Positions 40,462 through 57,869 of a stretch of DNA of 64,000 bases are shown here, piece by piece. The notes beneath the pieces are model-generated. The model was not told where the DNA came from. It saw nothing but the letters and a program-made list of their open reading frames with translations, and made no database searches. Position 1 is the stretch's first letter. Each line of letters begins with the position of its first letter. The translations under genes and the position numbers were made by a program. The stretch comes from Chrysomallon squamiferum (Eukaryota > Animalia > Mollusca), in contig CM022671.1 of NCBI GenBank assembly GCA_012295275.1, positions 12,400,001 through 12,464,000 on the forward strand, read 5' to 3'.

Positions 40462-43050
40462 TCAGTGAATAACTGGAAGATTATAAAAATTGTATCCAGG
40501 TTTTCCAGTGATAGCAAAGTATATGTAAACAAGATGGTAACCTAAAATAAAAAAAATAAATAGAGAAAGCTTATGAAAAAGTACATTAATGATTTAGAAC
40601 TTTATAAAGATTCTTTGTTTCCTTATATATTTTGTGATGTTGTTTTAAATTGAAAACAAATAAAATAATTACAAATTGTTTAGAAAATAATTAGGTAGAT
40701 AGGAATTATAGCATAATAGTAGATAATGGTAAACATGACAGTCCTCACTGTTAATTGTTTTCTCAAAACTAGTACTCATTTCCTAATATATCAAAGACTT
40801 TTGTTTGTACTTTTCTGACACAGTAATCACAGATTTTCTAAGTGATAAAGATTAATAAATAAAATACATTACTCATACTTTCCACAAAAATAATAATTAA
40901 AGTAATTAATATTTGTTTACAAGTACTCACATCCAGGAACAAAGCAAAGAAACCCGACAACAAAAAACACTAACACATGAAATCCTGAAAAAGATGTGTA
41001 AATATGCTAAAATTTAAAAATATACAAAGGTAGATTGCAATTTTTGTTTCACATAACACATAATTTTTAACAATTTATTAATTTAAAAAACCTGAGCTCT
41101 CTAAAGCAACAACAGTTACTGAAATGAATTATGTATATATGTATAGTAATTATTTTTGACAAATAAAAACAAACCTCTTGAGGGAGATATTATTATTCCA
41201 ATACCAGCAATAAAAAGAACTGCAAAGAAAAGGGAGAACAAAATAAAAAATAAAATATATGTCCAAGACGGTAATTTTAAATAATCATTATTATAAGTAA
41301 GAATTTAATGAATACTTTTCAGTTCATTTCATGAAAAAACTAAGTTAATGTTTCATTTGTTACTGGTCACCAACCTTTCTTAATATGACACTAACTGAAA
41401 AAAAATAGTAAAATGGTTACCAACATTTTCATTCTTTTGAAATGGTTCTCAAATAAATTATTGATATTTTTTGTCTTAAAATATTTATCCTATGTTGTTT
41501 TTAAGGTTTTTATCCTTTTTTCTAAAAAGTTCTTTTGCCCATTTCACTAAATATCTTTTGGAATTCACATACATATATAAGATGATCTCATATTTTGATA
41601 GTATAATAAGGCATTTCAAAACAAGTAAATCACTGATTTATATACCTGTTCCTAATAATGTCAGCAAAAAGGATCCAGCAACAATTTTCCAGTTTTCTCG
41701 AATCTTTGGATGTAGAAGCCATCTGTTCAAAAAAAAAATAGAATAGAATACAGATAGATACTAAAATAAATAAAGAAATAAAGAAAAATTAAAGTAACAA
41801 GAAAAAACAACCCTAAAATAATAATACAGCACATACATTCAACTAACATATATAAACATGCATGCAAATTAATATATATATATATATATATATAAAATTA
41901 CTTTTTAACAATTAAAACATTTTTTGGATTTCAAACTGTATTTAATAATGAAAAACTGTTAACAGATTGGACAGATTGTATATAATATCCTATCTATACT
42001 TCTAGTGGACCAGTTTGAAAAAATAAAAACAAAAATATAACTTTACATTAAGAATACACGTTTTCATTTGAAAATGAAAGCATTTTAATAATTTTAAAAG
42101 AATATACTCTGTGTAGTTAACCCAGAGACTGTAAAAAATACCTGCAAGGTGATGTCTGGATGGAAACATCAGTATGACTGGACCAGAAAGAGACAGACTG
42201 GGATGACACACTTTCATCAACAGCTGAGCTGAAAACAGATCAATATTTAAATACTTCATTAATTTCACAAATATAAGCATACCAGCAAATCGATTTACCA
42301 ATTTCATTTTCAGTAATTAAGTAAAATGATTTGAGAATTATTGATACAATTAGCTATGTATACTGGAGATAATGCTTTAGAAAAACAGTGCAGAGTATAA
42401 TATAAATAGTCATGTTATTTTTCACTATAAAATTGTTGACATTCTAAAATATGTTTGCAAACGTTTTGCAAAAAAAAAAATTTAAGTAATAGAATTTTTT
42501 TGTTGTTGTTGATAACATTCAAAGTCCATTTAAATGTTCAGTTTAATGCCTAATATTTACCTATTCAGGCTATTGTTACATGTTATCTTATGTGAAAGTA
42601 GAGGATCTTCTTGATCATTTAGCTGAAGAAAAGAAAAGAAAAGAAAAATATTAAAATTTATATTTCACATAAATGGTTTAAATTACTGAAATCAAAACTG
42701 GATTTTATTTAATTATTTATTTTTGTTAATTTCTAATTAAAGCAGATTCTTCAAAGTTATTTCTATACCATTTTTATATATATATATATATATCAAATTT
42801 TCCTCTTAATATGTAATTAAGTTATTTAAATTAAATTTTTTTTTTTAAAACGATGTTATATTTATAAACGAACCTGCTTATATTCTCTATTGGAATCTTG
42901 ATTCTGACTGCTGGATAGGTTGACTATGTCTGCTAATCTGTCTGTTTGCAAGGGAGGTGATTTTTGCACTGACCCGTAGATATAAACTACATTATCTTTA
43001 TCAGTTCTGATGGTTGCTGCTTGCACTTCATATTGACTCGCTGTAGTCAT
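40462..43050 (-). CDS. TMEM134: Transmembrane protein 134, about 193 aa
   Basis: Exons 42874-43050, 42561-42622, 42142-42228, 41646-41722, 41175-41219, 40931-40984 and 40462-40541 (582 nt). The C-terminal half WLLHPKIRENWKIVAGSFLLTLLG...FFVVGFLCFVPGCYHLVYIYFAITGKPGYNFYNLPVIH* matches the TMEM134 pattern (HP-x-I-x-x-N, PG-x-YH, G-x-x-G-[YF]-x-F-x-x-LP). Confidence 0.85.
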
Positions 43051-43820
43051 ACTTCATATTGTTATTTTCTCATCATAGAAAACAAAAACAAAATGCATCA
43101 CTGGCTGGCTATTCAAGGCAGATAACTGTAAAAATTGAGGGATAACTTGAAACACCAGCTAACTTTTACTGTTTGTATAATATGACGTATTGTGTACATT
43201 ATATTAATGGTTATTTTTCGCTTCAACGAATACTGTTCAGAACAAATATTTAGGATATTTTTTCCTCTATGCATTCTCATTTCCACATTGTACAAATAAA
43301 CATTATATATATATTAATAATAATATATGATTTAAACCTTCCATTAATAGTTTTATGGTTGTATTTACGCTAGTTTGTATAGGCTGTAGTATACGTTATA
43401 GGTGGGCAGCTCTTTAATTTATTGTTTATTTTAATATAACAAAGATAAGATACTCTTTATTTTCATATTGTTTCGAAGCTTTTTCCTTCTTCAACTTCAG
43501 TTCTTTTCTTTATTTCAAAAATGAAATTAACTTAAAATAAAGAAAATTAGAAAAAGAAACAAATAAAAATAATTGTTCCAGGTCAGATTCATTTAGCTTA
43601 TGGTTAAATTAGCACACCATTATTCCTAAAATTTATTCTGTAGCTGTTGAAACCATCATAAATATTTAACGAATTTTACCCAAGCAATACCCAGCTTCTA
43701 AAATAAAATCATAGCTAGACTGGCTTTTGGAACATCTTTGTCACATTGCTACGCCTTTCAAATCAAAATAGTCAATTTCACAGTCACGATAAGGTTTCAC
43801 TGCTTTTAAAAAATCTTAAA

Positions 43821-44846
43821 ATGCCAATCTTTGCCGTTTACACAAACCTTCAGAGAAGTCAAATACCTGATAGTTTTTTAGAAGAGGCCTCGGCGTTTAT
43901 TGCCAAAATACTAAAAAAACCCGAATCGGTAAGTATGTTACAGCTCACATTATTTGCATTTACAAGTTAGTTACATTGTACATTAAAACAGAAATTAATT
44001 CACGCTCCCAAGTCAGATATAGTATCATAAAAAAATATGAATATTTTTTTTTATGAATAAAGTATTGAAAACCTTTTTCATGTTGTGACCCCCAAAATTT
44101 TACAATATCTAATGACATTACTTAAAAATAAATAATGAAATATATTAGATTAAAAGAAAATTTATTATAATTTTGATATAAACTGGTTACTAGGGTATAT
44201 TTAAAAATTAATAATTAAACAGGTAATATTCTTTCTTTCTCTGTAGTAATAGTATTGTTATGCATTTTTATTCCAACTTTATATATTCAAGAAAGAAAAA
44301 CAACATAAAAATAACAATAAAAATGTCCATTATTCTCAATACAGTATGTTACAATTCGGATACATCCAGATCAGCTGATGTGTCATGGTGGAAGCAAAGA
44401 ACCATGTGCAAACATTGAGCTACACAGCATTGGAAACATAGGACCATCTGTCAATAAAACACTGTCAAAAGAAATAGGAGAATTCATCCAGCAAAAATTA
44501 GGCATTAAAAATGACCGGTATGTTATTGTAACCAATAACTGTATCTAGAATTTTGATTTAGTAAAAAAATAATTTAAAATACAGTCTTTATTTTTTTATT
44601 CTTTTTCTTTTTGCAAGTTTTTGTAAGTTTCTAATAATTATTTTTAAATGGGTCCAAATTTCTGTTTTCATAGATTAATGCTTAATGCTTAATGATTTTT
44701 TATGAAATAATAAATTACACCAAGTAAATTATGTTGTAGTTGGTTTTCTTTTTAACTTTGACTAATTTTCTCTTAACAGGTTTTACATAAGGTTCTGGGA
44801 TATTCCAAGAGCAGAATGTGGCTACAATGGAACAACTTTCGGATAG
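43821..44846 (+). CDS. MIF: Macrophage migration inhibitory factor (tautomerase superfamily), 115 aa
   Basis: Exons 43821-43928, 44345-44517 and 44780-44846 (108/173/67 nt) give MPIFAVYTNLQRSQIPDSFLEEASAFIAKILKKPESYVTIRIHPDQLMCHGGSKEPCANIELHSIGNIGPSVNKTLSKEIGEFIQQKLGIKNDRFYIRFWDIPRAECGYNGTTFG*. Catalytic Pro1, KP and SIG motifs are present. Confidence 0.95.
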
Positions 44847-47377
44847 ATTTAACAACGCTATCTTACTGACCAGATGACAGTGAAATAAACTTCATTTGTA
44901 GATATAAATATATAAATAATTAAGAAAAAAGATCATAGATAAAAAAACAATGACAAACATATGATTGATTCTTAAATTGCATTTAAAATAAGAATATTTT
45001 CTACATTAAACTTAATGTTGATGTAATTAAATAAAAATTATTAAAATGCACGATGAAAAAAATTAACCATAGTGACATAATTATTTCTCTGGTTATTTCT
45101 GAAAACATTGATTAGATTTTTAATAATATCCTTTCAATACTCTATCACTGCACAGAGCTTTGGCATAGTTTCTATTTCTGCAATAAATTTCATACAGATT
45201 TTTGAAGTTAAAAAACAACTATGTAGTTGAATCTCTTTACTTGCACAAATAGCAGAATGTTGCTTTGATATCTTTGAATGCAAAAATAAGGAATAATATA
45301 AATTCAGACTTCCATGATGTTTATGAAAAAGCCTGAATTTAAGCCTGATACTGCATCCCTTAAAACACACACACACACACACACACATTTTTTTTTGACT
45401 TTATGCTCATATATAGGAAATAGATGTAATAAGTAAAATCTTTAAAACACCTTAAACTATTTCCACAAATTATTTTTTATGTATTTTTTATTTTTTAGTC
45501 TTTAAACAAAAAATAAATATTTAAGAAGTTTTAAAACATGCTTTATGAAATCATTACAATAAACATTAAATAGGACAGTTTGGTAATATTTTAAAAATGA
45601 CGAACAGCTACTGTAATGACATGTTTTGTTTTCCAGGCATTTTAAGCTTTGTTCTATTATTTACAAATAGATGGGATACAGATTGTGGGAGCAATAAACT
45701 GCTTTTCATTCAAAATGATTTGTGTGTTGTTGTTTTTTCACATTATTTTAATGCATGTGAAATCAAATATATTAGTCTTCATAAACATTTACATTCATAC
45801 CTTATTATTTTGTGTATATTGTATTTAGCATATTGCCTATTGGTTATATAAATTATAATATAGTTAATATACTTTTTATTTTAATTTGTTTTAAATTTTA
45901 TATGTTAATGATTGGCCTAGTTGTAATGTTCACATCTATGTCATAGGATACTCTCCTCCATCACTAGAATCACCAGACTGACCAGTGACATACATACAGA
46001 CATACAGTAGCATTATATTAATGTTTCAGAGTATCTACTACATTCAAATTTCTCTCTTGCACTGTGAACAGTGTTTTGGCCCAAGAAATCAGACAGGAAA
46101 ATAAGACTCCTGTACTATAGTCTCAAAGTGTTCAGAGTTTATAATATAGTAAGACTTTGAAATAATTTGATTTGCATTTTATTTTTATTATGAAGAGTAA
46201 TGCTTATATTTTATTTAACTGGATTTGGTCTGATATTTATTATATCTATTTCAGTTTTATTTTACTTAATAGTTTCTTTTTATTTTGTTCCAAATTTTAT
46301 TTTAGTTATCTTAGTGATGAATATTTCATCTCATTCTTAAACTGCATTTGTTTATTTTTTGTTCCTTTTTTGCTCTGACTTCTTTTAGATTGTGTGTTTC
46401 TTCCTCCTCCCTTTTTATCCTTTATTTTATAATATTGAAAGTATTTTCAGTTTCATGTTGAAAAATCCATAGAGAAACATATATCTCTAGAGATCTAGTG
46501 TAAAAATATTTAAACTGTACAGCTAGAAAAAACTTATTTTATGTACAGGTTATCTTGATTAAAATAGGTCAGAGTAGTTAGATAAAAATTTAACTGCAAT
46601 ATTTTATGAAATCGGTTGTCTTGCAGTTTAGATGTAGTATTATTTAATATTAAATTTAATTACTGCACTTGTAGAAAGTATAATACTATCAATAGGTATA
46701 CATAGATTATTAGATGTACTCTTACAATGTTAAAATCTAAATACTGATTGTATAAAATTGTTACATATGTACATGCAACATGCCACAACATGCCAATAGA
46801 TCAAACCCAGTTAGATAACTAAAAAGAACTGTGCTTCATGTTTATCAATCTGATCCTTTGAGTTTTATATTCTAGTCATGTATTAACGACATAATATTTC
46901 TTGGAAATTTTGTTCAGGCAGCTTGAAGCATTGCTGTCAATAAATATATCAAATTAGAAGATATAAATCTCACCCCTTTGCATTTGTTTTGTACCTCAAA
47001 ATTCTTATTGTAATTGCAAATAAAAATTATTATTATTATTAATTGTTTGTGTCTTGTAAAAACATGAGATATATGGAAAATATGGCAAATAAAGTAATAA
47101 TTTTCAAAAAAGATCTACATATTAGAAGAAAAACTACTACCACAATGAACTTTGAATTAGGTCCTCTGAAGGCTGTTACATTAATCTTTGAACATCAGAT
47201 TATTTCTCTATTACTTAAAGTTAAGCTCAACATATGTCTGGTAGATGTTGATACAGCCACCATCATGTCACACCTGTTCATATATTATGCCAAATACCAC
47301 CAACCTAAGGCCATTTCATCTGGAACATCCATGACATCACCCTAATTGGATACTTTGGAACCAATAACAGCTGCTTC

Positions 47378-47609
47378 CAGGGGCTGCAGAGGTGTGGTGA
47401 GGCCCAGGGCCAGCTCCTTGATTGTATGCACCAAATAAGGCCTAATACTGCGAAATATGAGAAAGGAAGATATCTGGAATATGTAAACACAGATGAAACA
47501 TAAAATAAACACTTTAGTGGATTTAAATATAAATCAACCAAATTTATTGTTCTTTTCTCTGATTGGATGCCTGGGGCCACCAACCCACCACCCCTTCTGC
47601 ATGCCTCTA
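47378..47609 (-). mobile_element. hAT-type MITE, older copy, inverted relative to the copy at 54151-54407
   Basis: The reverse complement aligns along its length with 54151-54407 (for example AATCAGAGAAAA...AATAAATTTGGTTGATTTATAT...AAAGTGTTTATTTTAT...TTTCATCTGTGTTTA). Degenerate ends CAGGGGCTGCA / TGCATGCCTCTA. Confidence 0.75.
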
Positions 47610-49229
47610 TGCCCTTCCAACTACATAAAGACCCATTGATAGTATGGACAAGGACAAAAATTAAGTCCTGATTGCAATTGCTTTACTCTGTGACTGTCAT
47701 GGCAACCCACAAGCCAAATGCAAAAGACAATAACCCTGTAGATAATCTTCATGAACTTTGATAAGCCAGGATAAGACCATTTCTGAGGTTCTGAAGAGTG
47801 TTAGTCCCTGTGTTTGATGGAAGTAACTTTTGTTTTACACAAAGACATTGCAGTTGATATTTACATGACTGTGGCACTGTGAACCATGTTACATTTTGAA
47901 TTAAATCGGATCTTAAAATAGTGATTTTAAAGTTGATTTTTTTAATCTAAAAAAATAATGTATATATTCTTCCTGAGGGTATTATGTGCTTAGAGGTTTT
48001 TCTCTTGAGATAATTGTGCCCTGAGGGGATATTGCCCAACAATTTTATGTCTTCAGGGGTCAGTGTCTGGTTAGGTGTGGTATTTCATCAATATCGGTAT
48101 ATGGGCAATAAGATTACACTATTTTCTTAATTTATCATTTTATTGCTATTTTTTAGTTTTGATCATTTAGTTTTAGTGGGTTGGATTTATCAAAAACACA
48201 AAATATTCATCAAAAGGTAAAAGTATCAATTTAATAAATCATTATGGTTATAAAATTACACTTTTTATTTAATTATTTATTTTGATGACTGTTACCATAA
48301 ATTCATAATACCGTTCATATCTAAATGTACCTTTAATGAAATTTAAAAATAGTCGCATCATCAGTTCAGAACTCTATAAATCATTGACCCAAAGCACTTA
48401 ATTACACTTCACTGAAGGCTGAATAATAAGATAGGTTTTAATTACTACTACCTTAATTAACTGAATAAATGATGTATTTATCGCAAATGAAAAAATAGTT
48501 ACGAGAAACTTAAAGAAGAATAATACATCAGTAACAAAAACAATAATAATCTACTAGTACATACTGGTTGGAACTGGAAATTACCCATCAAATCCCTAGA
48601 TAAATGCAACTGCCCCATTAGTTAATATTTGTAAATCTATCAAATCCCTACTTATTATTTAAGCTTGGTAATCGTTCTAGTTAAGTTTGTAATGGAACAA
48701 TAAAATGAAACTTGATTTAAACTAATAATAATAATAATAATGATGATGATAATAATAATAAACAAATAAATAAATAAATAAATAAATAAACCTGCTTAAA
48801 TATTATTGTTATGTTAGTAAAAAATACATTAGTTTGCAATATATCCATTATTATTAACGCCAAACTGTAAAAATATTTAGATAATAGATTTACTGTTTAA
48901 CTTGACTCAAGTGTTTGGAACTTTTGATCATTAATGTTACAATAATTATAGTTATATCTCAACGACAGGTGTGCTAAGTTTTCTGAAATTTTGGATCCGC
49001 TCCAGTAGTCACTGTCCAGTTAGCAACGACTAAGCGAAACGACCTCGGTATTTGAAATAATTGTAATGACGCCTGCTTAAAACGTTAACGGCTGAACCTT
49101 TCACAGGCCTCGGCGATTTTCTATAGAATTGTATAGTGTGTTGTATAAATTTCAAGGTGAGATCGATGACAAATAAGGTAGAAGGTACAAAACAGATAAC
49201 AATAATTTTCTATTTCTCAAGCATTCACA

Positions 49230-53479
<4,250 letters not shown>

Positions 53480-54150
53480 AGATTTATTTTTTTATATATG
53501 AACATTAAATGTTTATTTTTTATTTTTATTTTTTTTCAATATTTATTTATTTAATTTAAATAATACAGCTGTGAAATGATGTCGTAAATAAGGCTGCAAA
53601 AAGAAAAGAAATAAGATTGTAAAATGTGTTTAACGTATTTGTTAGTACCAGGAATTTAAGTGTTATGAATAATAAAGTTTTTCTTTGATATACATTTGAC
53701 TGATATTTCTTCACTATTTATTTTTAATGAGTTTTTAATAATGTCCAAATGACTGATAGAGGGTTTGTGTCAAGTGCTTGATACAATGGAGGACCTGCTA
53801 GTTGTGTTTGTTTCAGTTTCGAAATACGGAACAACAAGTTGGACGTTAATTGTTCCATTTTAAATTAGAGAAACACTTCTACCTTTTTTCCCACTGAATG
53901 TGAAAAGAGTCCTACGTTTTGCTATCGTTGATAGAACGTGTTTATAGCTGATGTTTGCAAATGCCAAAAATTATATATCAGAACTTAATAGTTCTTAAAT
54001 ATTCATTTTGTAAATGAAAACCTAATTTAAAATCGTCTTTTAAGATCTAAAATAGCAATTAAACTGAAATAACCTTGAACAGTATAATACGTACTGTGTA
54101 TTGAGTCGACCCATCGACAATGATCGATGTAAAGGAATGCAATACCAAAA

Positions 54151-54407
54151 CGATGGCGTGCAGATGGGCAGAGCCGAAGGGGTGGTGGCTCCGGGCCTCT
54201 AATCAGAGAAAATAACTTAATAAATTTGGTTGATTTATATCTAAATCGAATAAAGTGTTTATTTTATATTTCATCTGTGTTTAGGCTACATATTCAAAAT
54301 ATCTTCCTTTCTCATAACATTTTTCAGTACTATGCCTTATACTTGAGTTTTTGGGGTATACAATCAAGGAATTGGCCCCGAGCATCACAGATCTTTGCAC
54401 GCCACTG
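54151..54407 (+). mobile_element. hAT-type MITE with perfect 8-bp target site duplication
   Basis: TSD TACCAAAA at 54143-54150 and 54408-54415. TIRs CGATGGCGTGCA / TGCACGCCACTG. No coding capacity; a second copy lies at 47378-47609. Confidence 0.88.
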
Positions 54408-54836
54408 TACCAAAATTATTGTTAAATGAGTATACTAGCCGGAACCACTGCAAACCGTACGGTTGACAAAGATTAGAAAAAATATATATATGTAATAAAA
54501 AAAAATAGAACAAAACAAAACAAAAACCACAAAAAGCATCACAAATTTAGACCTATCTATAGCGGAGAACCAGCGTCCAAATATCCATCTGAGCTGTTCT
54601 TCTCTAGAGGGTATTCGGATTACACAGAGATGTGATTAGCTGAATGCAACCTATAGACAGAGCAGTCCAGTCCAGAAAGTTCTCGAATAGACGAATTTCA
54701 TTATTCTTACTCCGAATTTGATAACGGTTATGCATAATAAAATTGTTAATCAACTATAGATAATTCATACAACTGTAGAAATTCAGGGGTAACACTTTTT
54801 AGACATCACCTAATCTTTACCGTTTGCGTAACGTGT

Positions 54837-56410
54837 TGTGTATAATATTATATTAATGGTTATTTTTCGCTTCAACGAATACTCTTCAGGACGAATATTT
54901 AGGATATGTTTACCTCTATGCATTCCCATTACCATAATGTATAAATAAACATTATATATATATAATTTATATCTTTTAATAGTTTTATGGTTGTATTTTA
55001 CGCTAGGTTGTATAAGGTATTGTATACGTTATAGCTGGACAGCTCATAAATAAATTATTTATTTTAATACACGAAATATAAGATACTGTTTACTTTCATT
55101 TTGTTTTGAAGCTGTTTCCTTTGTCAACTTCAGTTCTTTTCTTTACTTTAAAAAATAAAGAAAAATAAAAAATAAAGTAGAAGAAGAAGAAGAAAATTAA
55201 TGTAAACAAATTTGGAAAAAGAAACAACTTAATAAAAATAATTGGTTCAGATCAATTTCATTTAGCTTATGGTACCATTCCAGTTGTTAAATTAGCACCC
55301 AATTATTCCTAAAATTTATTTATCAATAACTCAATGAATAGCAGTTAAAAACACATCATAAATATTTATAACAAATTTTACCCAAGAAAAACCCGTCTGA
55401 CCAGCTTCTGAAATAAAAACATAGCTAGACTGGCTTTTGGAACATATTTGTCACATTGCTACATCTTTCAGCTCAAAATGAATAGTTTCAGTAAGATTTC
55501 ACTGCTTTGAAAAAAAAAAAAAAAAAAAAATGCCAATTTTTGCCGTTTACACAAACCTTCAGAGAAGTCAAATACCTGATAGTTTTCTAGAAGAGGCCTC
55601 GGCGTTTATTGCCAAAATACTAAAAAAAAAAACACGAATCGGTATATATTACAGCTCACATTACTTACTAGTTATTACACGAATTTACTATTGTAATTTT
55701 AGCCCATATGGGCTATAGTAATAAGGAGAGTGTAATAAGATTGTAGACATTATACATTATAACGGAAATTAATTCATACTTATTAGCCATATATAGTATA
55801 ATTTAAAAAAGTAAAATAATATATATATATATTGAAAACCTTTTTCTTTTTTTGACCCCAAAAATCTTACAATATCTAATATATTACTTTAAAATAAATT
55901 AGAATATTTAAAATGATATTTGTTTTAATTTAATGTTTTTATTTATTTGAAGGTGCAAATCCCATTGTACACTGCTGATTTAATTAATGTATTATGGCAG
56001 AAACATCATCAAAATGTAGATAATACTATTAAATGTTCTTGATAAATTTCAGTACTAAATTTGCCTCAATTATAATAAAAATTAAAGAAATATTTTGAAT
56101 ATAAAAATAATATAGTGGATTAAAAGAAAATTTATTATAATTTTGATATAAATTAAGAATTCTTTAATTTGAAACAGCAGGTATACAACTAGTTACTAAG
56201 GTATATTTAAAAACAAATAATTAAACAGGTAATATTCTTTCTTTCTTTATAGTAATAGTATTGTCATGTATTTGTATTCCAACTTTACATACTCTTTTTA
56301 ACTTTGACTCATTTTTTCTCTTAACAGATTTTACATAATGTTTTGGGATATGCCAAGAGCAGAATGTGGCTACAGTGGAACAACTTTTGGATAGATTTAA
56401 TAATGCTATA
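54837..56410 (+). repeat. Direct segmental duplication of the MIF promoter and gene (source about 43191-44855)
   Basis: Collinear similarity begins at ...TTATATTAATGGTTATTTTTCGCTTCAACGAATACT and runs through the promoter, exon 1, intron 1, the 3' end of intron 2 and exon 3, with indels. Confidence 0.92.
55530..56394 (+). pseudogene. MIF: MIF duplicate, probable pseudogene (exon 2 deleted, +4 nt in an exon 1 A-run)
   Basis: Exon 1 copy 55530-55641 (MPIFAVYTNLQRSQIPDSFLEEASAFIAKILKK, A7 to A11, donor GTAAGT to GTATAT). Exon 3 copy 56328-56394 (FYIMFWDMPRAECGYSGTTFG*). Intron 1 is fused to intron 2 near 56293 and no exon 2 sequence remains. Confidence 0.88.
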
Positions 56411-57424
56411 TGGTTTTTTTAATTTATTTTTTAAATTTATTATTATATTGCAATGTATTTTTGAATACTTATATTTGTCACAGGTTCACTTCATCAAATA
56501 TCTGGAATATTTACCAATTTTAAATCCATTAAGGAAATCAACACAAAACACAAGGAATATGCATATATTTTTAATTATGAGACATGATATTAGGGATACA
56601 ACATATATTTTGACATCAGCTGATCTACACTGAATATTAAAAAATGTCTAACTGCTGTTGAACATTGTGAACCATTGTGGGAGAAACCAAAATACAAACG
56701 TAACTGCTTGGGAAATCTACATAGATGGCAGTCTATGGAAAATTACTGAATGACATTTTTAGAATGATAAATGTTAATCTTTTAAATACTATACTAACAC
56801 AGATGCCAGCCCATTTATAAGCAATTACATGGAGATGAAGAATATAGATGGTTAAAATAAATATAGCTTTAAATTTGTCTAAATCTCAATTAAAGTACAT
56901 CTGTTTTGATCCAGATTCGTTTATACTGCACTGACTAATACAAATAAATTAAAACTAATTCTGAGAAATAATCCCATCTAAACATTTAACTTTATATTTA
57001 GTTAAATATCAGTTATGAAATAAAGTTGCTAGATAGTAATATGGGTACATCCTAAAATCAATCAAACCACAAAGAACGAAAGCATAACAAAATGCTTGTT
57101 ATATATATTTACATCAACATGTACGGCACAAGAATATGTCTAAATTTAATATGAATCATGAACTTTTTAATGAAATAATTCGCATTATATGCGTTTTATC
57201 TGGAATATTGTTGCTATCAAAATATTAGAATTCCATAACAATATTATATTTAAAAAATGTAACTGATTGTATTCTATATGTATTAAATCTGTAATAAAAT
57301 AAGGTGAAATGATTTTGATTCATTCGTGCAATTTGTTTCGAACAAGGATGTTAGTTATAAGGACTCAGCCAATATTGACTAGAGCACCAACATTCAGGAG
57401 GAAATTCAGTACAACTTCCTGTTT

Positions 57425-57439
57425 GTAACCAATGGTAAC
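57425..57439 (+). promoter_or_regulatory. RFX X-box GTAACCAATGGTAAC in the CCDC65 promoter
   Basis: Matches GTNRCC-N(0-3)-RGYAAC. Adjacent ETS-type ACTTCCTG at 57414-57421 and CCAAT near 57369. A putative non-coding exon 1 ends at AG|GTAAGT 57500, with an acceptor at 57837. Confidence 0.75.
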
Positions 57440-57869
57440 AAATCGCCATTGTTGTTGTGCAAAGACGTCGTTTGACAGTTTATTATTTTAAATACCTTAG
57501 GTAAGTTAAAACATTCCGTAACTGAAATGTATAATCAGTTCTGAATGCTGTAATTTAAATAATCTCAATATTAGGGATGTCTTTCTTCCAGTTTCATAAA
57601 ACCTTTATATTCTTTAAATCGAATTATAATGATTCTTACTTTTCATGTTAGAATTATATTACTATTATTGTAATTTTGTTCAGAATAAAATATATAAAGT
57701 ACTGACATGTAAATTAAATAGTTGAACACAATTCAGACAATATAAAGGTAAATAAGTAGATAAAACTAGTATTCTAATTGTTTATAAACCATTAGCAAGT
57801 TAAAGTATTTATTATTAATTTCTATTTATTTTAATAGATACAAACATATTCAAATAAACTGCAGTTATA

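Noticed and set aside
40462-43050. TMEM230 as the identity of the small membrane protein
   Set aside because: It shares PG-x-YH, but the length (about 193 aa), the HP-x-I-x-x-N motif and the C-terminus fit TMEM134 better.
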